Shown here piece after piece: positions 15,575-24,901 of a stretch of DNA of 51,038 bases. The position numbers and the translations under genes were made by a program. Under the pieces are notes generated by a model. That model worked only from the letters and a program-made list of their open reading frames with translations, was not told where the DNA came from and made no database searches. Each line of letters opens with the position of its first letter. The stretch's first letter is position 1. The DNA lies in the IMG/VR virus record IMGVR_UViG_3300043664_000006, positions 1 to 51,038 of that record, one strand, 5' to 3'. Origin of the DNA: a virus (lineage: Duplodnaviria > Caudoviricetes).

Positions 15575-16306
15575 ATGCTTGACTCTACCGCCGAACACGC
15601 GCCCCTCTGTGCCCCCGATGCTCGAGCGCCGCCTCTTGGCTCGCATGCGTTGTGCGAATGCAGTTCCGAAAACAGCGAATCATTCAAGTTTGGCCATGGC
15701 GGTGCCCGTATCGGCGCTGGCCGGCCGCGCAACGTCCCGAGGGCGGCCGTCGACGTCGAACGGTGGTACGTCGCGCGTTGCCACCATCAACAGATCAACG
15801 TTGCCGATCGCGCTGTCCGTGAGGCGGGCTTTCCCATTTTTGCTCCGACCATATTCAGGCCGGCGCGCCCCGCTCGCCGCGATTCAACCGGGGCCATGCG
15901 ACCAACCCGGCCGGCGCGGGTGGACTTCTTGCTGGTGCGCTACCTGCTGGTGCGACTCAACCTTTCTGACCCCTCATGGCGCGTCATCCTTGGGTGCGAC
16001 GGCATCGAACGCGTCATCAGTGGTGGTTACATCGACGGCAGGCCAGGCGTGCCGATAGCGGTCCCCGATAGCGCCATCGACTGGATGAAGACGCTTCTTT
16101 CGCCGGACGGCTGTCTCTATCCACCAGGACATCACGGGCAGAAGTTCGATGCCGGAACGATCCTGCGGATGCCCGATGGGCCGATCGCGGATCGTGCTGG
16201 CGTCTGTGCCATGTCCGATGGTGCGCGCGTCGTGATGATGATGGGCTGGTTCAATCGCGATGGCGTGCCGACGACAGTGCGGCAGGACTCCGTCGAGCAG
16301 GTCTAA
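15575..16306 (+). CDS. NusG/RfaH-family antiterminator
   Basis: RWYV.., GF..F.P, YLLV, G+ERVI, P.AVPD..I NGN domain plus a KOW-like C-terminus; end of the early right operon. Confidence 0.8.
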   Translation: MLDSTAEHAPLCAPDARAPPLGSHALCECSSENSESFKFGHGGARIGAGRPRNVPRAAVDVERWYVARCHHQQINVADRAVREAGFPIFAPTIFRPARPARRDSTGAMRPTRPARVDFLLVRYLLVRLNLSDPSWRVILGCDGIERVISGGYIDGRPGVPIAVPDSAIDWMKTLLSPDGCLYPPGHHGQKFDAGTILRMPDGPIADRAGVCAMSDGARVVMMMGWFNRDGVPTTVRQDSVEQV

Positions 16307-16381
16307 AGTAGACCGAAATCGGCCTCGCGGCGGTTCCGATATGTTACGGTATCCGCGATTGGCTTGGGGGTAGACGACAGC

Positions 16382-17248
16382 GTGAACGATCTACTTCCCG
16401 CCACCGCCGTGCTGATTCCACCGCAGGCCTCGAGTGACACAGCGATGGTCAGTCTGTGGCTCGGGAACTACCGCAGCCTGCACACCCGCCGCCGGTACGA
16501 CGCTGATGCGCGTTCGTTCTTCGCGTTCGTTGGCAAGCCTCTCGGCATGGTCACGGTGCGCGACATTCAGGAGTTCGGCGCCAGCCTGTCGAGTGTGTCC
16601 GACGCGACCGTAGCGGCCAGGCTGACCGGGATCAAATCGCTGATCAAGTTTGCCCACCGCATCGGGTACGTGCCTTTCGACACCGCGGCACCCGTTCAAC
16701 TGCCGATCGCCCAGGATCGACTCGCGGAGCGCATCATCTCGGAATTTGACGTCCAGCGCCTCCTGGGGCTCGAACGCCACCCGCGCAACGCGATGATCCT
16801 GCAGGTGCTGTACATCACCGGGATCCGCATATCCGAGCTGGCCGGTCTGTGCTGGCGCGATCTGACTCCCCGCGACGATGGCGGACAATTATCCGTGATG
16901 GGCAAGGGATCGAAGACGCGGCCCATTCTGTTGCCGGTAACAATATGGGACCGTATCAATTTGCTGCGCGGCCAGGCCGGGCCTGACTCCGCTGTGTTCC
17001 GGTCGCGCAAGGGCGGCGCGCTGCATCCGCGCCAGATTCACGAGATCGTGAAGCGTGCCTCCCGACGCGCGAAACTGCCCGATGTGAGCGCGCATTGGTT
17101 CCGCCACAGCCACGCATCGCACAGTTTAGACCATGGATGCCCTCCGCACATCGTCCAGGCGACATTGGGGCACAGCAGTTTGAGCACCACGAGTAGATAC
17201 GTGCACGTCCGGCCCGGCGACTCGTCGTCTCGTTACCTGACCGCATAG
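16382..17248 (+). CDS. Second tyrosine recombinase (Xer/resolvase-like)
   Basis: TGIRISEL, GKGSKTR, SAHWFRHSHASH, LGH, SRY; SAM-like N-domain; no arm-binding domain. Confidence 0.9.
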   Translation: MNDLLPATAVLIPPQASSDTAMVSLWLGNYRSLHTRRRYDADARSFFAFVGKPLGMVTVRDIQEFGASLSSVSDATVAARLTGIKSLIKFAHRIGYVPFDTAAPVQLPIAQDRLAERIISEFDVQRLLGLERHPRNAMILQVLYITGIRISELAGLCWRDLTPRDDGGQLSVMGKGSKTRPILLPVTIWDRINLLRGQAGPDSAVFRSRKGGALHPRQIHEIVKRASRRAKLPDVSAHWFRHSHASHSLDHGCPPHIVQATLGHSSLSTTSRYVHVRPGDSSSRYLTA

Positions 17249-17293
17249 AATACGTTGACTTGCGCGGTACGTGTATAGCGGAGAACATAGTGC

Positions 17294-17995
17294 ATGGCTG
17301 CGGGTTTTAAGAGCGGCGGTAGAGTAAAGGGCACGCCAAATCGCAGTAACGCGGCGGCCCGCGCGGCGGGGGGCGCGCCGCCATCAGCCGACTTTACGAG
17401 CCCTCGCGCGCGAGGCGACGCCGGTCTGTCGATCCAATATCTTCTACTCGGGGACATCGAACCGTTCGAACAAAACGCCCGGACGCACTCGCCGGCACAG
17501 ATTACCGCCATTGAGCGCAGCCTGGCCAAATTCGGTTGGACGACGCCAATGGCGATCGCCAAGGGTGTGCTGATTTACGGACACGCGAGGCGTGAGGCGG
17601 CGATCAACCTTCGGGACCGCGGCGTTGCCATCCCGCACAACCCGGACCCTGACCGCGCGCCTGTCGTAGACCTCTCGCACCTGTCGGCCGTTGAGCGCCG
17701 GGCCTACGTTCTCGCGGATAATAAGCTTGCCGAACTGGCTGGATGGGACAATGACCTGTTGGGGGCCGAGCTACGCGGCCTGCAGCTCGCCGGCTTTGAC
17801 CTCTCTCTGACCGGCTTCGACGGCGCCGAGCTGGAAACCCTCCTCGGTACCTCAGGGGGAGACACGGACCCTGACGACGCCCCAGATGACGGTGCGTTGG
17901 ATGGCAAAGTCTGCTGTCCCTCCTGTGGGCACGAATTCCAGACGGTGTCCAAAGCCTTTCGACTGATGGCCACACGCAAGCGCCGCGCCGCTTAG
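17294..17995 (+). CDS. ParB/Srx N-terminal domain protein
   Basis: NARTHS..QI..I..S..FGW..P, GHAR..AA, RAYVLADNKLA..AGWD, C-terminal CPSCGHEF. Confidence 0.85.
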   Translation: MAAGFKSGGRVKGTPNRSNAAARAAGGAPPSADFTSPRARGDAGLSIQYLLLGDIEPFEQNARTHSPAQITAIERSLAKFGWTTPMAIAKGVLIYGHARREAAINLRDRGVAIPHNPDPDRAPVVDLSHLSAVERRAYVLADNKLAELAGWDNDLLGAELRGLQLAGFDLSLTGFDGAELETLLGTSGGDTDPDDAPDDGALDGKVCCPSCGHEFQTVSKAFRLMATRKRRAA

Positions 17996-17999
17996 CGCG

Positions 18000-18497
18000 A
18001 TGCCAGCCCGAAAACCGCCGCCCAAACGCAAGCCCGCGGCCCGCACGCAAGCCGCCGTCAAACGTCTGTCCGAAGCTGACGATGCGAAGATGCCAGGGGG
18101 CGCCAAACGCCCCCCGCACCGCCCGCCGTACGAGCCCTCCGACAAGGACCGCCAGACCGTCCGTGTGATGGTAGCCGGGGGCATCGAGCAGGCGCACATC
18201 CAGGACGTGCTCGAGATCAGTAAGACCACGCTGCGCAAGTACTTTCGCCGCGACATCGAGACGGCGGCGCACATCGCCAACGCGGCGGTAGTGGCTTCCC
18301 TGCACAAGATGGCCACCGCCGGCGAGAACGTGCACGCGGCGAAGTTCTGGCTACAGGCCCGGATGGGCTGGCAGGAGCGCATGACGGTCAAGGACGGTGG
18401 GATCGACGACAGCGACCTCTCCGCGTTGACCGATGAGCAGTTGAATGCCCGCCTCGCGGAAATCGACCGGCACAAGGGACGCGGGAAGCGCACCTGA
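18000..18497 (+). CDS. terS: Terminase small subunit
   Basis: RPPYEP...R..V, ISKTTLRKYF, AAKFWL.AR.GW.E; upstream of terL. Confidence 0.75.
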   Translation: MPARKPPPKRKPAARTQAAVKRLSEADDAKMPGGAKRPPHRPPYEPSDKDRQTVRVMVAGGIEQAHIQDVLEISKTTLRKYFRRDIETAAHIANAAVVASLHKMATAGENVHAAKFWLQARMGWQERMTVKDGGIDDSDLSALTDEQLNARLAEIDRHKGRGKRT

Positions 18498-18516
18498 CAC
18501 ACACTCGGAGTCTCAC

Positions 18517-18828
18517 ATGCCACGCGACGGCACCATCGTATCAACAGCGATCATCCGTGACGAGAAGACGATCGCCAAGGTGCATACCTACGCGATGAAC
18601 AAAGCCAAGATCGCCACGTTGGAAAAGGCGAACGTGGGACTGAAGACAACGATCCTGGCGGCGATGAACGGCCGGGACGCGGCTTCGGTCGGTACGCATG
18701 TCGTGCAGGTGACCATGGTCCCAGGGACGCCCGGCACGCCGAACCGCCAGGTGACCAAGGCAATGATCGGCTATGTCATCATCGGGAAGCCGGCGACGGA
18801 ACCGAGCACGCGGCTTGTCGTGAAATAA
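18517..18828 (+). CDS. Hypothetical protein
   Basis: GGAG RBS; basic composition. Confidence 0.65.
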   Translation: MPRDGTIVSTAIIRDEKTIAKVHTYAMNKAKIATLEKANVGLKTTILAAMNGRDAASVGTHVVQVTMVPGTPGTPNRQVTKAMIGYVIIGKPATEPSTRLVVK

Positions 18829-18895
18829 CTGTCCTCAACCCGACACATACGCGCGACAATTCCGTGAAAACCTAGGCAGGAACAACAAACTCCCG

Positions 18896-18924
18896 TTGAT
18901 TGTCGTCAACGACAATCTTATATT
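18896..18924 (+). promoter_or_regulatory. Sigma70 promoter with an overlapping palindrome
   Basis: TTGATT, 17 nt, TATATT; GATTGTCGT-ca-ACGACAATC at 18898-18917. Confidence 0.7.
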
Positions 18925-18930
18925 CCCGGT

Positions 18931-19137
18931 ATGTTACGCCGCGTCAAAGAACCCGCTCCGACCTATCTCGGCATGCCGGTGACACTCGAAATGGTCGTGG
19001 CCTGGATGGTAACGATCGAGGCCAGGCTGGACCGGTTGGAAGGCCGTCAGGCATCCCGAGACAGACGTGGGATCGAGGCGTCGCTGGCCGATCTGGCGAA
19101 GGCCGCCGGGTTCCAGTTGCCGCCGCGGGTGGGTTAG
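18931..19137 (+). CDS. Small moron protein, probably leaderless
   Basis: ATG begins 6 nt after the -10 box; coiled-coil segment. Confidence 0.55.
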   Translation: MLRRVKEPAPTYLGMPVTLEMVVAWMVTIEARLDRLEGRQASRDRRGIEASLADLAKAAGFQLPPRVG

Positions 19138-19373
19138 CGAAAGCCGGCGCGGTGTAGCGGCGGGATCGGTAATTCTTCGGCGGTCAGTTCCATCGCCTCG
19201 ATCGCGGCGGCTGCCTCGCTGACGCAAAGCGGCCAACCCTCGTTAACTGCACGCAACATCGCATCCGGCGCGTCCCGATACAGCCCCATGTCCGTCAGGC
19301 GCCGCCGGTAGATCGCCCTGGCCACTCGCTCGACTCTCGCCGACACAATCGCAGCATTGGTCGCCCGTGCCAT
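19134..19373 (-). CDS. Antisense hypothetical protein (VERVARAI..AAIEAM family)
   Basis: GGAGG RBS; motif shared with 28960-29196. Confidence 0.55.
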   Translation of the reverse strand: MARATNAAIVSARVERVARAIYRRRLTDMGLYRDAPDAMLRAVNEGWPLCVSEAAAAIEAMELTAEELPIPPLHRAGFR

Positions 19374-20884
19374 CACTCGCCCTCCGTTCCCGGCCGGCTG
19401 ACCGCCATGCGTGGCATCAGTCCGCTTCGCGGCCTGATCCGCGCGCTCCACTTGTCACGGCCCGTGACGTCGAGCGGGCTATCATTACCGAGACAATCCG
19501 ACGGAGGGAATGCCGGCGCAGTCTGTTGTCCTGGTGTACCGAGACAATGGCACTCGTCGACCAGGCGCCAGCAGCTCACCATCGTCTTCTGATTAAGGAA
19601 CTTGAAGCCATAGAGCGCGGCGACAACGACCGTCTGATGGTGTTCATGCCGCCCGGCCACGCGAAAACGACCTATGCCAGCATCCTCTTCCCCGCGTGGT
19701 TCCTCGCTCAGTCAGAGGGCCGAAACGTCATCGGAGCAAGCTACAACAGCGAATTCGCCGAGAACGACATCTCCTCACCGATCCTCCGGCTGATCGAGGA
19801 AAACGGCCCGGTGCTCGGGTACGGCCTTCGGACGGGAAACCGCAAGATCTGGCGGACCACCAACCGAGGCGTCTATCGGGCGGCGGGGGCTGGATCCGGA
19901 ATTACCGGCCGGCGTGCTGACCTCGTGATGATCGACGATCCTCTGAAGGGCCGCGAGGAAGCGGACAGCCTCACGATCCGCGACAAAATCTGGGCCTGGT
20001 ATCGCGCGGAAGTCCTGACCCGCCTCAAACCAGGCGCTCGGATTGTTCTGATCCTGACACGATGGCACGAAGATGACATCGCCGGGCGCTTGCTGGACGC
20101 GGCGCAAACCGGTGCCGACCAATGGCGGGTCATCAACTTACCGGCCATTTGCGAATCAGCGGACGACGCGCTCGGCCGAGAGATCGGCGACGCCCTTTGG
20201 CCAGATTGGGAAGATGTCGCCCATCTCGAACGCAAGCGCGCCGCGGTTGGGGAAAGGGAATGGGCCTCTCTGTTCCAGCAACGTCCCCGCCCGCTCGAGG
20301 GCAGTCTCTTCAAAATCGCCATGATCTCCACGATGGAGGCGGCCCCGGCAGCGGGAACAGTGGTCCGGGCCTGGGATCTCGCCGCCACGAAGCAGACCGG
20401 GACTCGGGATCCGGATTGGACCGCCGGCGTGAAGATGCAGCGCGCTCCCGATGGAAGGTTCGTGGTCCAGAACGTGGTCCGCTTACGAGGCGGCCCTGAC
20501 GAAGTTGAGGCGGCGATCGTCAACACGGCCCACCAGGACGGCAAGGGCGTGCGCATTGGCTTGCCACAAGACCCGGGTCAGGCCGGCAAGACCCAGGTGC
20601 TTTACCTCACCCGCCGATTGGAGGGCTTCATGATCGACAGTTCTCCCGAGACAGGTGACAAAGGAACAAGGGCCGCGCCGTTCGCATCGCAGTGCAACGT
20701 GGGCAACGTCTCGATCGTCCGAGCCCCGTGGAACGCCCCGTATCTCGATGAGCTTGCTGCTTTCCCGAGTGGCACGCACGACGACCAGGCCGACGCCTCC
20801 GCCCGCGCCTTCTCGATGGTGGGCATGAACCGCGGGCCCATCAAGATCGCGCCCGAGCTGCTCGCCGCCTCGAGGCGCAGGTGA
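19367..20884 (+). CDS. terL: Terminase large subunit
   Basis: MPPGHAKT Walker A, ITGRRAD, IDDP, TRWHEDD, RAWDLA, HDDQADA; exact start uncertain. Confidence 0.95.
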   Translation: MPSLALRSRPADRHAWHQSASRPDPRAPLVTARDVERAIITETIRRRECRRSLLSWCTETMALVDQAPAAHHRLLIKELEAIERGDNDRLMVFMPPGHAKTTYASILFPAWFLAQSEGRNVIGASYNSEFAENDISSPILRLIEENGPVLGYGLRTGNRKIWRTTNRGVYRAAGAGSGITGRRADLVMIDDPLKGREEADSLTIRDKIWAWYRAEVLTRLKPGARIVLILTRWHEDDIAGRLLDAAQTGADQWRVINLPAICESADDALGREIGDALWPDWEDVAHLERKRAAVGEREWASLFQQRPRPLEGSLFKIAMISTMEAAPAAGTVVRAWDLAATKQTGTRDPDWTAGVKMQRAPDGRFVVQNVVRLRGGPDEVEAAIVNTAHQDGKGVRIGLPQDPGQAGKTQVLYLTRRLEGFMIDSSPETGDKGTRAAPFASQCNVGNVSIVRAPWNAPYLDELAAFPSGTHDDQADASARAFSMVGMNRGPIKIAPELLAASRRR

Positions 20885-22425
20885 CCTGGAACTGGCCATG
20901 GACCCCGCCGCCAGTCGCGGCGACGCCCCGCATCGAGCCGACGATCCGCCTTCCCATCACGATCTCCCCGCATTTGCTGGGCATCTCCCGCGCGAACCGG
21001 GCGAACCTTGGCGCAGTCCTGCCTCCCGCTTCCCCTTGGGGCCTGCCCGAACCACCCCCAGGCATGCTGCCCAAGGGCGCTCCGACCATGGCGCAGGACG
21101 AAGCCATCGGCTCGCTCTACGGCTGGGCCGGGGATTACGGCGGCGGCATGGGGGCCATGAATCTCTACGGGGAGGGCCTGTATTTCCCCGGTTACCCCTA
21201 TCTCGCGCAACTGACCCAACGCCCTGAGTACCGCCGCGGCTCCGAGATCATCGCCAAGGAGATGACAAGGAAATGGATCAAACTCACCGCCAAGGGCGAC
21301 GCGGACAAGTCTGAGACCCTGGCCAAGATCGACGCGGAACTGAAACGGCTGAAGGCGCAGGACACGTTCCGCAGAGTTGTCGAGCACGATGGGTTCTTCG
21401 GCCGCGGGCAGATTTTCCTCGACACCGGCGCCAGGGACGAACTGCTGACGACCCCGCTGATCATCGACAAGGCGACGATCAAGATCGGCGGGCTGAAACG
21501 GCTTGGCGTGGTCGAGCCGCTATGGACCTACCCGGCGCAATACGATGCCACGGATCCATTGTCGCAGGACTATTACAAGCCGCGCGCCTGGTACGTGATG
21601 GGCAAGCAAGTTCACGCCTCCCGGCTGCTGACCTTTGTCGGGAGAGAGGTGCCTGACATCCTTAAACCGGCCTACATGTTCGGCGGATTATCGTTGTCCC
21701 AACTGGGAAAGCCTTACGTCGACAACTGGATCAGAACGAGGCAGTCCGTCTCCGACCTGATCCATTCGTTCTCGACGATGGTGCTAAGTACCAACATGGG
21801 CGCGGCGCTCACCGCGATGCCCGGCACCGGGATCATGGACCGGGCGGCGTTGTTCACGAACATGGCGGACAATTCCGGCCTGATGGTGGTCGACAAAGAG
21901 ACCGAACTGTTCGCCAACGTCGCCGCTCCTCTCGGTACTTTGGACAAGCTGCTGGCGCAAAGCCAGGAGCAGATGAGTTCGGTCTGGGGCATTCCGCTGA
22001 TCGTGTTCTTCGGAATCACGCCAAGCGGGCTGAACACCTCGAGCGAAGGCGAGCTGGCCGTCTGGAACTCATGGATCGAGGCACAGCAGGAAGACCTCCT
22101 CGATGACAACCTGACGATCCTGATCCGCGCCGTGCAGCTTTCGCTCTTTGGTTCAATTGACGAGGACATCGGCCACGCCTGGGAGCCGCTGGGCAAGACA
22201 AATGAGCTGGAAGCCGCAACCATCCGCAAGAGCGATGCGGATACCGCCATTGCCTACATCGGCGCGGGCGTGCTTGCACCGATCGAGGAACGAACCCGTT
22301 TGGCGGCCGAGGAGGACAGCATTTACCCCGGTCTGGACGTCGAGGATCTGCCGGAGATGCCCGAACCTCCGGACCTGGGCGACCCGAACGAGTCCGACCC
22401 AAAGGACACGTCCGATGGCCGATGA
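20881..22425 (+). CDS. Portal protein (DUF1073-like)
   Basis: FPGYPYLAQL.QRPEYR, VHASRL, GIP...FG.TPSGLN; follows terL. Confidence 0.88.
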   Translation: MTWNWPWTPPPVAATPRIEPTIRLPITISPHLLGISRANRANLGAVLPPASPWGLPEPPPGMLPKGAPTMAQDEAIGSLYGWAGDYGGGMGAMNLYGEGLYFPGYPYLAQLTQRPEYRRGSEIIAKEMTRKWIKLTAKGDADKSETLAKIDAELKRLKAQDTFRRVVEHDGFFGRGQIFLDTGARDELLTTPLIIDKATIKIGGLKRLGVVEPLWTYPAQYDATDPLSQDYYKPRAWYVMGKQVHASRLLTFVGREVPDILKPAYMFGGLSLSQLGKPYVDNWIRTRQSVSDLIHSFSTMVLSTNMGAALTAMPGTGIMDRAALFTNMADNSGLMVVDKETELFANVAAPLGTLDKLLAQSQEQMSSVWGIPLIVFFGITPSGLNTSSEGELAVWNSWIEAQQEDLLDDNLTILIRAVQLSLFGSIDEDIGHAWEPLGKTNELEAATIRKSDADTAIAYIGAGVLAPIEERTRLAAEEDSIYPGLDVEDLPEMPEPPDLGDPNESDPKDTSDGR

Positions 22426-22684
22426 GGCGCGTCCCGTCCGCCCCTTGCGCGTGGTCCCGCCGGCCGGCGCACCCGCGGCACCGGAGCCTGTCACCATGGC
22501 CGACGCGATCATGGAGCTGGCCGGCCAGGTCGCCGCGCTGAACCCGACATTGTTCATGGTCGTCTACGAACACCCGCCGGGAAAGCTGAACACCCGGACG
22601 GTGCCCGAGTCGGCATATGTGGCGGAAATCCTGGCCTCTCGAGCACACGACATGCTGCGCCAGGACATCGAGGCGGAGAATTGA
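22415..22684 (+). CDS. Hypothetical protein
   Basis: AAGGA RBS; coupled to the next gene. Confidence 0.6.
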   Translation: MADEARPVRPLRVVPPAGAPAAPEPVTMADAIMELAGQVAALNPTLFMVVYEHPPGKLNTRTVPESAYVAEILASRAHDMLRQDIEAEN

Positions 22685-23499
22685 GCCGCGCCCTGACCAG
22701 CCCGACCGCCAGACCGATCGTCTTCGCGGGCTGTCACCCGAACGAAGGCCTGCGAGCGGCCTACCGCCGGAAACTCGACGCGCTGATCACCGAGATGCAC
22801 AAGAGCCTGGTGCGGTGGATCCTCGCTCAATACCGCCGGACGCCTCCGTTGATCGCCCAGGACGACGTTCTGCCCGCCGCCGGCCTGATGGCTGAGATGG
22901 CCAGATTGGGGGACAGATGGCTCGATCGCTTCGACCAGGCCGCCCCTGAGCTGGCGAAGTGGTTCGCCACGAACGCGAAGGATCGTTCCGATTTCGCGCT
23001 GAAGGACATCCTGCGGCGCGGCGGCTTCACGGTGAAGTTTCAGATGACCCCCGAAGTGCGGGACATCTGGCGCGCCACGGTCGAACAGAACGTTGGCCTC
23101 ATCAGGTCGATCGCGACCGAACACCTGCAGCAGGTGCAGGGCGCGGTGATGCGGTCGGTCCAGGCGGGCCACGATGTCGGCGCGTTGGCGAAGGAACTTG
23201 AGGCCCGGTACGGAGTCACCAGGAACCGCGCGGCGCTGATTGCCAGGCACCAAAACGCGATGGCGAATTCGACTATCACCCGTGCGAGACAAACCGAGTT
23301 GGGTATCACCACAGCCCGTTGGTTGCACTCAAGCGGCGGGAAGGAACCAAGGCCCTCACACGTTAAAGCCTCGCGCGATCGTGTGACCTACGACGTGACG
23401 AAGGGCTGGTACGACCCGGACGAAGGCAAATTCATCCGGCCCGGGGAATTGATTTCGTGCCGCTGCGTGAGTGTCAGCATCATTCCGGGACTTGATTAG
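22681..23499 (+). CDS. Head morphogenesis protein (Mu gpF-like)
   Basis: RAALIAR.Q, W.HS..PRPSH, PGELI.CRC. Confidence 0.88.
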   Translation: MSRALTSPTARPIVFAGCHPNEGLRAAYRRKLDALITEMHKSLVRWILAQYRRTPPLIAQDDVLPAAGLMAEMARLGDRWLDRFDQAAPELAKWFATNAKDRSDFALKDILRRGGFTVKFQMTPEVRDIWRATVEQNVGLIRSIATEHLQQVQGAVMRSVQAGHDVGALAKELEARYGVTRNRAALIARHQNAMANSTITRARQTELGITTARWLHSSGGKEPRPSHVKASRDRVTYDVTKGWYDPDEGKFIRPGELISCRCVSVSIIPGLD

Positions 23500-23521
23500 C
23501 GTCCCGCTGTCGGAATCATCA

Positions 23522-24898
23522 ATGCCAGTCATGCCACAGGACCGCCTGGCGCTCGATCGCGCGAGTGCCCGGACGATCACGGCGGACGGACACATGCGCG
23601 TGGTCGGATCGGCTGTGTCGAAGTCAAACGTGTGCGGATACCTGGGCAGAGAGATTCCTGATTACGAAGCCCTCGGTCTGACAGCGGACAAGCTCTATCA
23701 ACTCTACCGCGACCCGGCCTCGCTCGAGGCGGCGGCGTCTTCCCTGAACGCGAAACCGCTGATGATCGTGCACCGGCCCGTAACGGCCGGTGATCATGCC
23801 TCGGAACTTGTCGTTGGCGCTTTGGACAATGCCCACTGGGATGCCCCCTACCTCCGGGCTGACCTCACGATCTGGGACCAATCCGCGATCGATCTCGTTG
23901 AAAGCGGGGAACAGCGCGAACTGAGTTGTGCTTATCGCTACGTCCCAACGATGCAGAGCGGGACCACGCCAGAAGGTGAACGCTACGACGGCGTGATGAC
24001 GCAAATCGAAATGAACCACTGTGCTCTCGTCGCCGACGGGAGAGCCGGTCCTGACGTGCATGTCGGCGATTCCGCAATTGAACCCAAGGAGAAGCGTACC
24101 ATGGCGAAAGCCAACGCCCTATCGCGCCAGGCTTTATTCGCCTCCGGCGCGCTGCGTGCATATCTCAGGCCCAAGCTGGCCAAAGACGCGAAGCTCGACC
24201 TCGCTCCCATGCTCGCCGGTGTCACCGCCAAAACCTGGGACGCCGATCGCAAGCGAATCAAGCTCGCTCTCGACGCGGCTCTTCCCAAGGGCAGCAAGCT
24301 GCTCGCCGCCGACTCGGACCTGGCGGACGTCGACGAACTCCTCTCCGAACTGAAGAGCGCGATCAACGAGGTGGCTGAGCCGGAGGACGACAAAACCGCT
24401 GAAGATGAAGAGGCCGAGACGGAGGAAGAGAAGAAGGCCCGCCTCGCCAAGCGCGCCGCCGACAAAGCCGCGAAGGACGCCGAGCCGGACCCGAAAGACA
24501 AGGACAAGGAAAAGGACAAGCCCGCGATGGACACCATCACCAAACCGGCGATGGACGCCGCGATCACGGCCGCCGTCGCCAAGGCGCAGGCCGACACCAG
24601 GGCGGCCACGATCGCCGACATGCGGGCGATTCAGGAAGCCGAGCGCACCGTCCGTCCGTTCATCGGCGAACTGGTGCTGGCCCAGGACAGCGCCGAAGCC
24701 GTTTACAAGCTGGCGCTGGATATGAACGGCGTCACGACTGAGGGCGTCCATCCGTCCGCTTACGCCGCGATGGTGGGGATGCTGCAGGTGCCCGGTTCCG
24801 GTCAGGCGGCCAGGCCGAAATTCGCCCAGGACAGCGCCGACGCGGCCTCAAGGTTCGCGGCTCAGTACCCGACCGCCGTCAAGCTGATGAGGAGCTGA
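23522..24898 (+). CDS. DUF2213 prohead protease/scaffold
   Basis: RELSCAY.Y, NH.ALV..GRAG.D; acidic scaffold-like C-terminal half. Confidence 0.88.
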   Translation: MPVMPQDRLALDRASARTITADGHMRVVGSAVSKSNVCGYLGREIPDYEALGLTADKLYQLYRDPASLEAAASSLNAKPLMIVHRPVTAGDHASELVVGALDNAHWDAPYLRADLTIWDQSAIDLVESGEQRELSCAYRYVPTMQSGTTPEGERYDGVMTQIEMNHCALVADGRAGPDVHVGDSAIEPKEKRTMAKANALSRQALFASGALRAYLRPKLAKDAKLDLAPMLAGVTAKTWDADRKRIKLALDAALPKGSKLLAADSDLADVDELLSELKSAINEVAEPEDDKTAEDEEAETEEEKKARLAKRAADKAAKDAEPDPKDKDKEKDKPAMDTITKPAMDAAITAAVAKAQADTRAATIADMRAIQEAERTVRPFIGELVLAQDSAEAVYKLALDMNGVTTEGVHPSAYAAMVGMLQVPGSGQAARPKFAQDSADAASRFAAQYPTAVKLMRS

Positions 24899-24901
24899 AC
24901 C

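Noticed and set aside
17255-17280. Late promoter TTGACT..TATAGC
   Set aside because: The spacer is only 13 nt; not supportable as a sigma70 promoter.
17294-17995. ParABS partition system
   Set aside because: No ParA ATPase or parS array seen; this ParB-like type is the terminase-adjacent form without an HTH.
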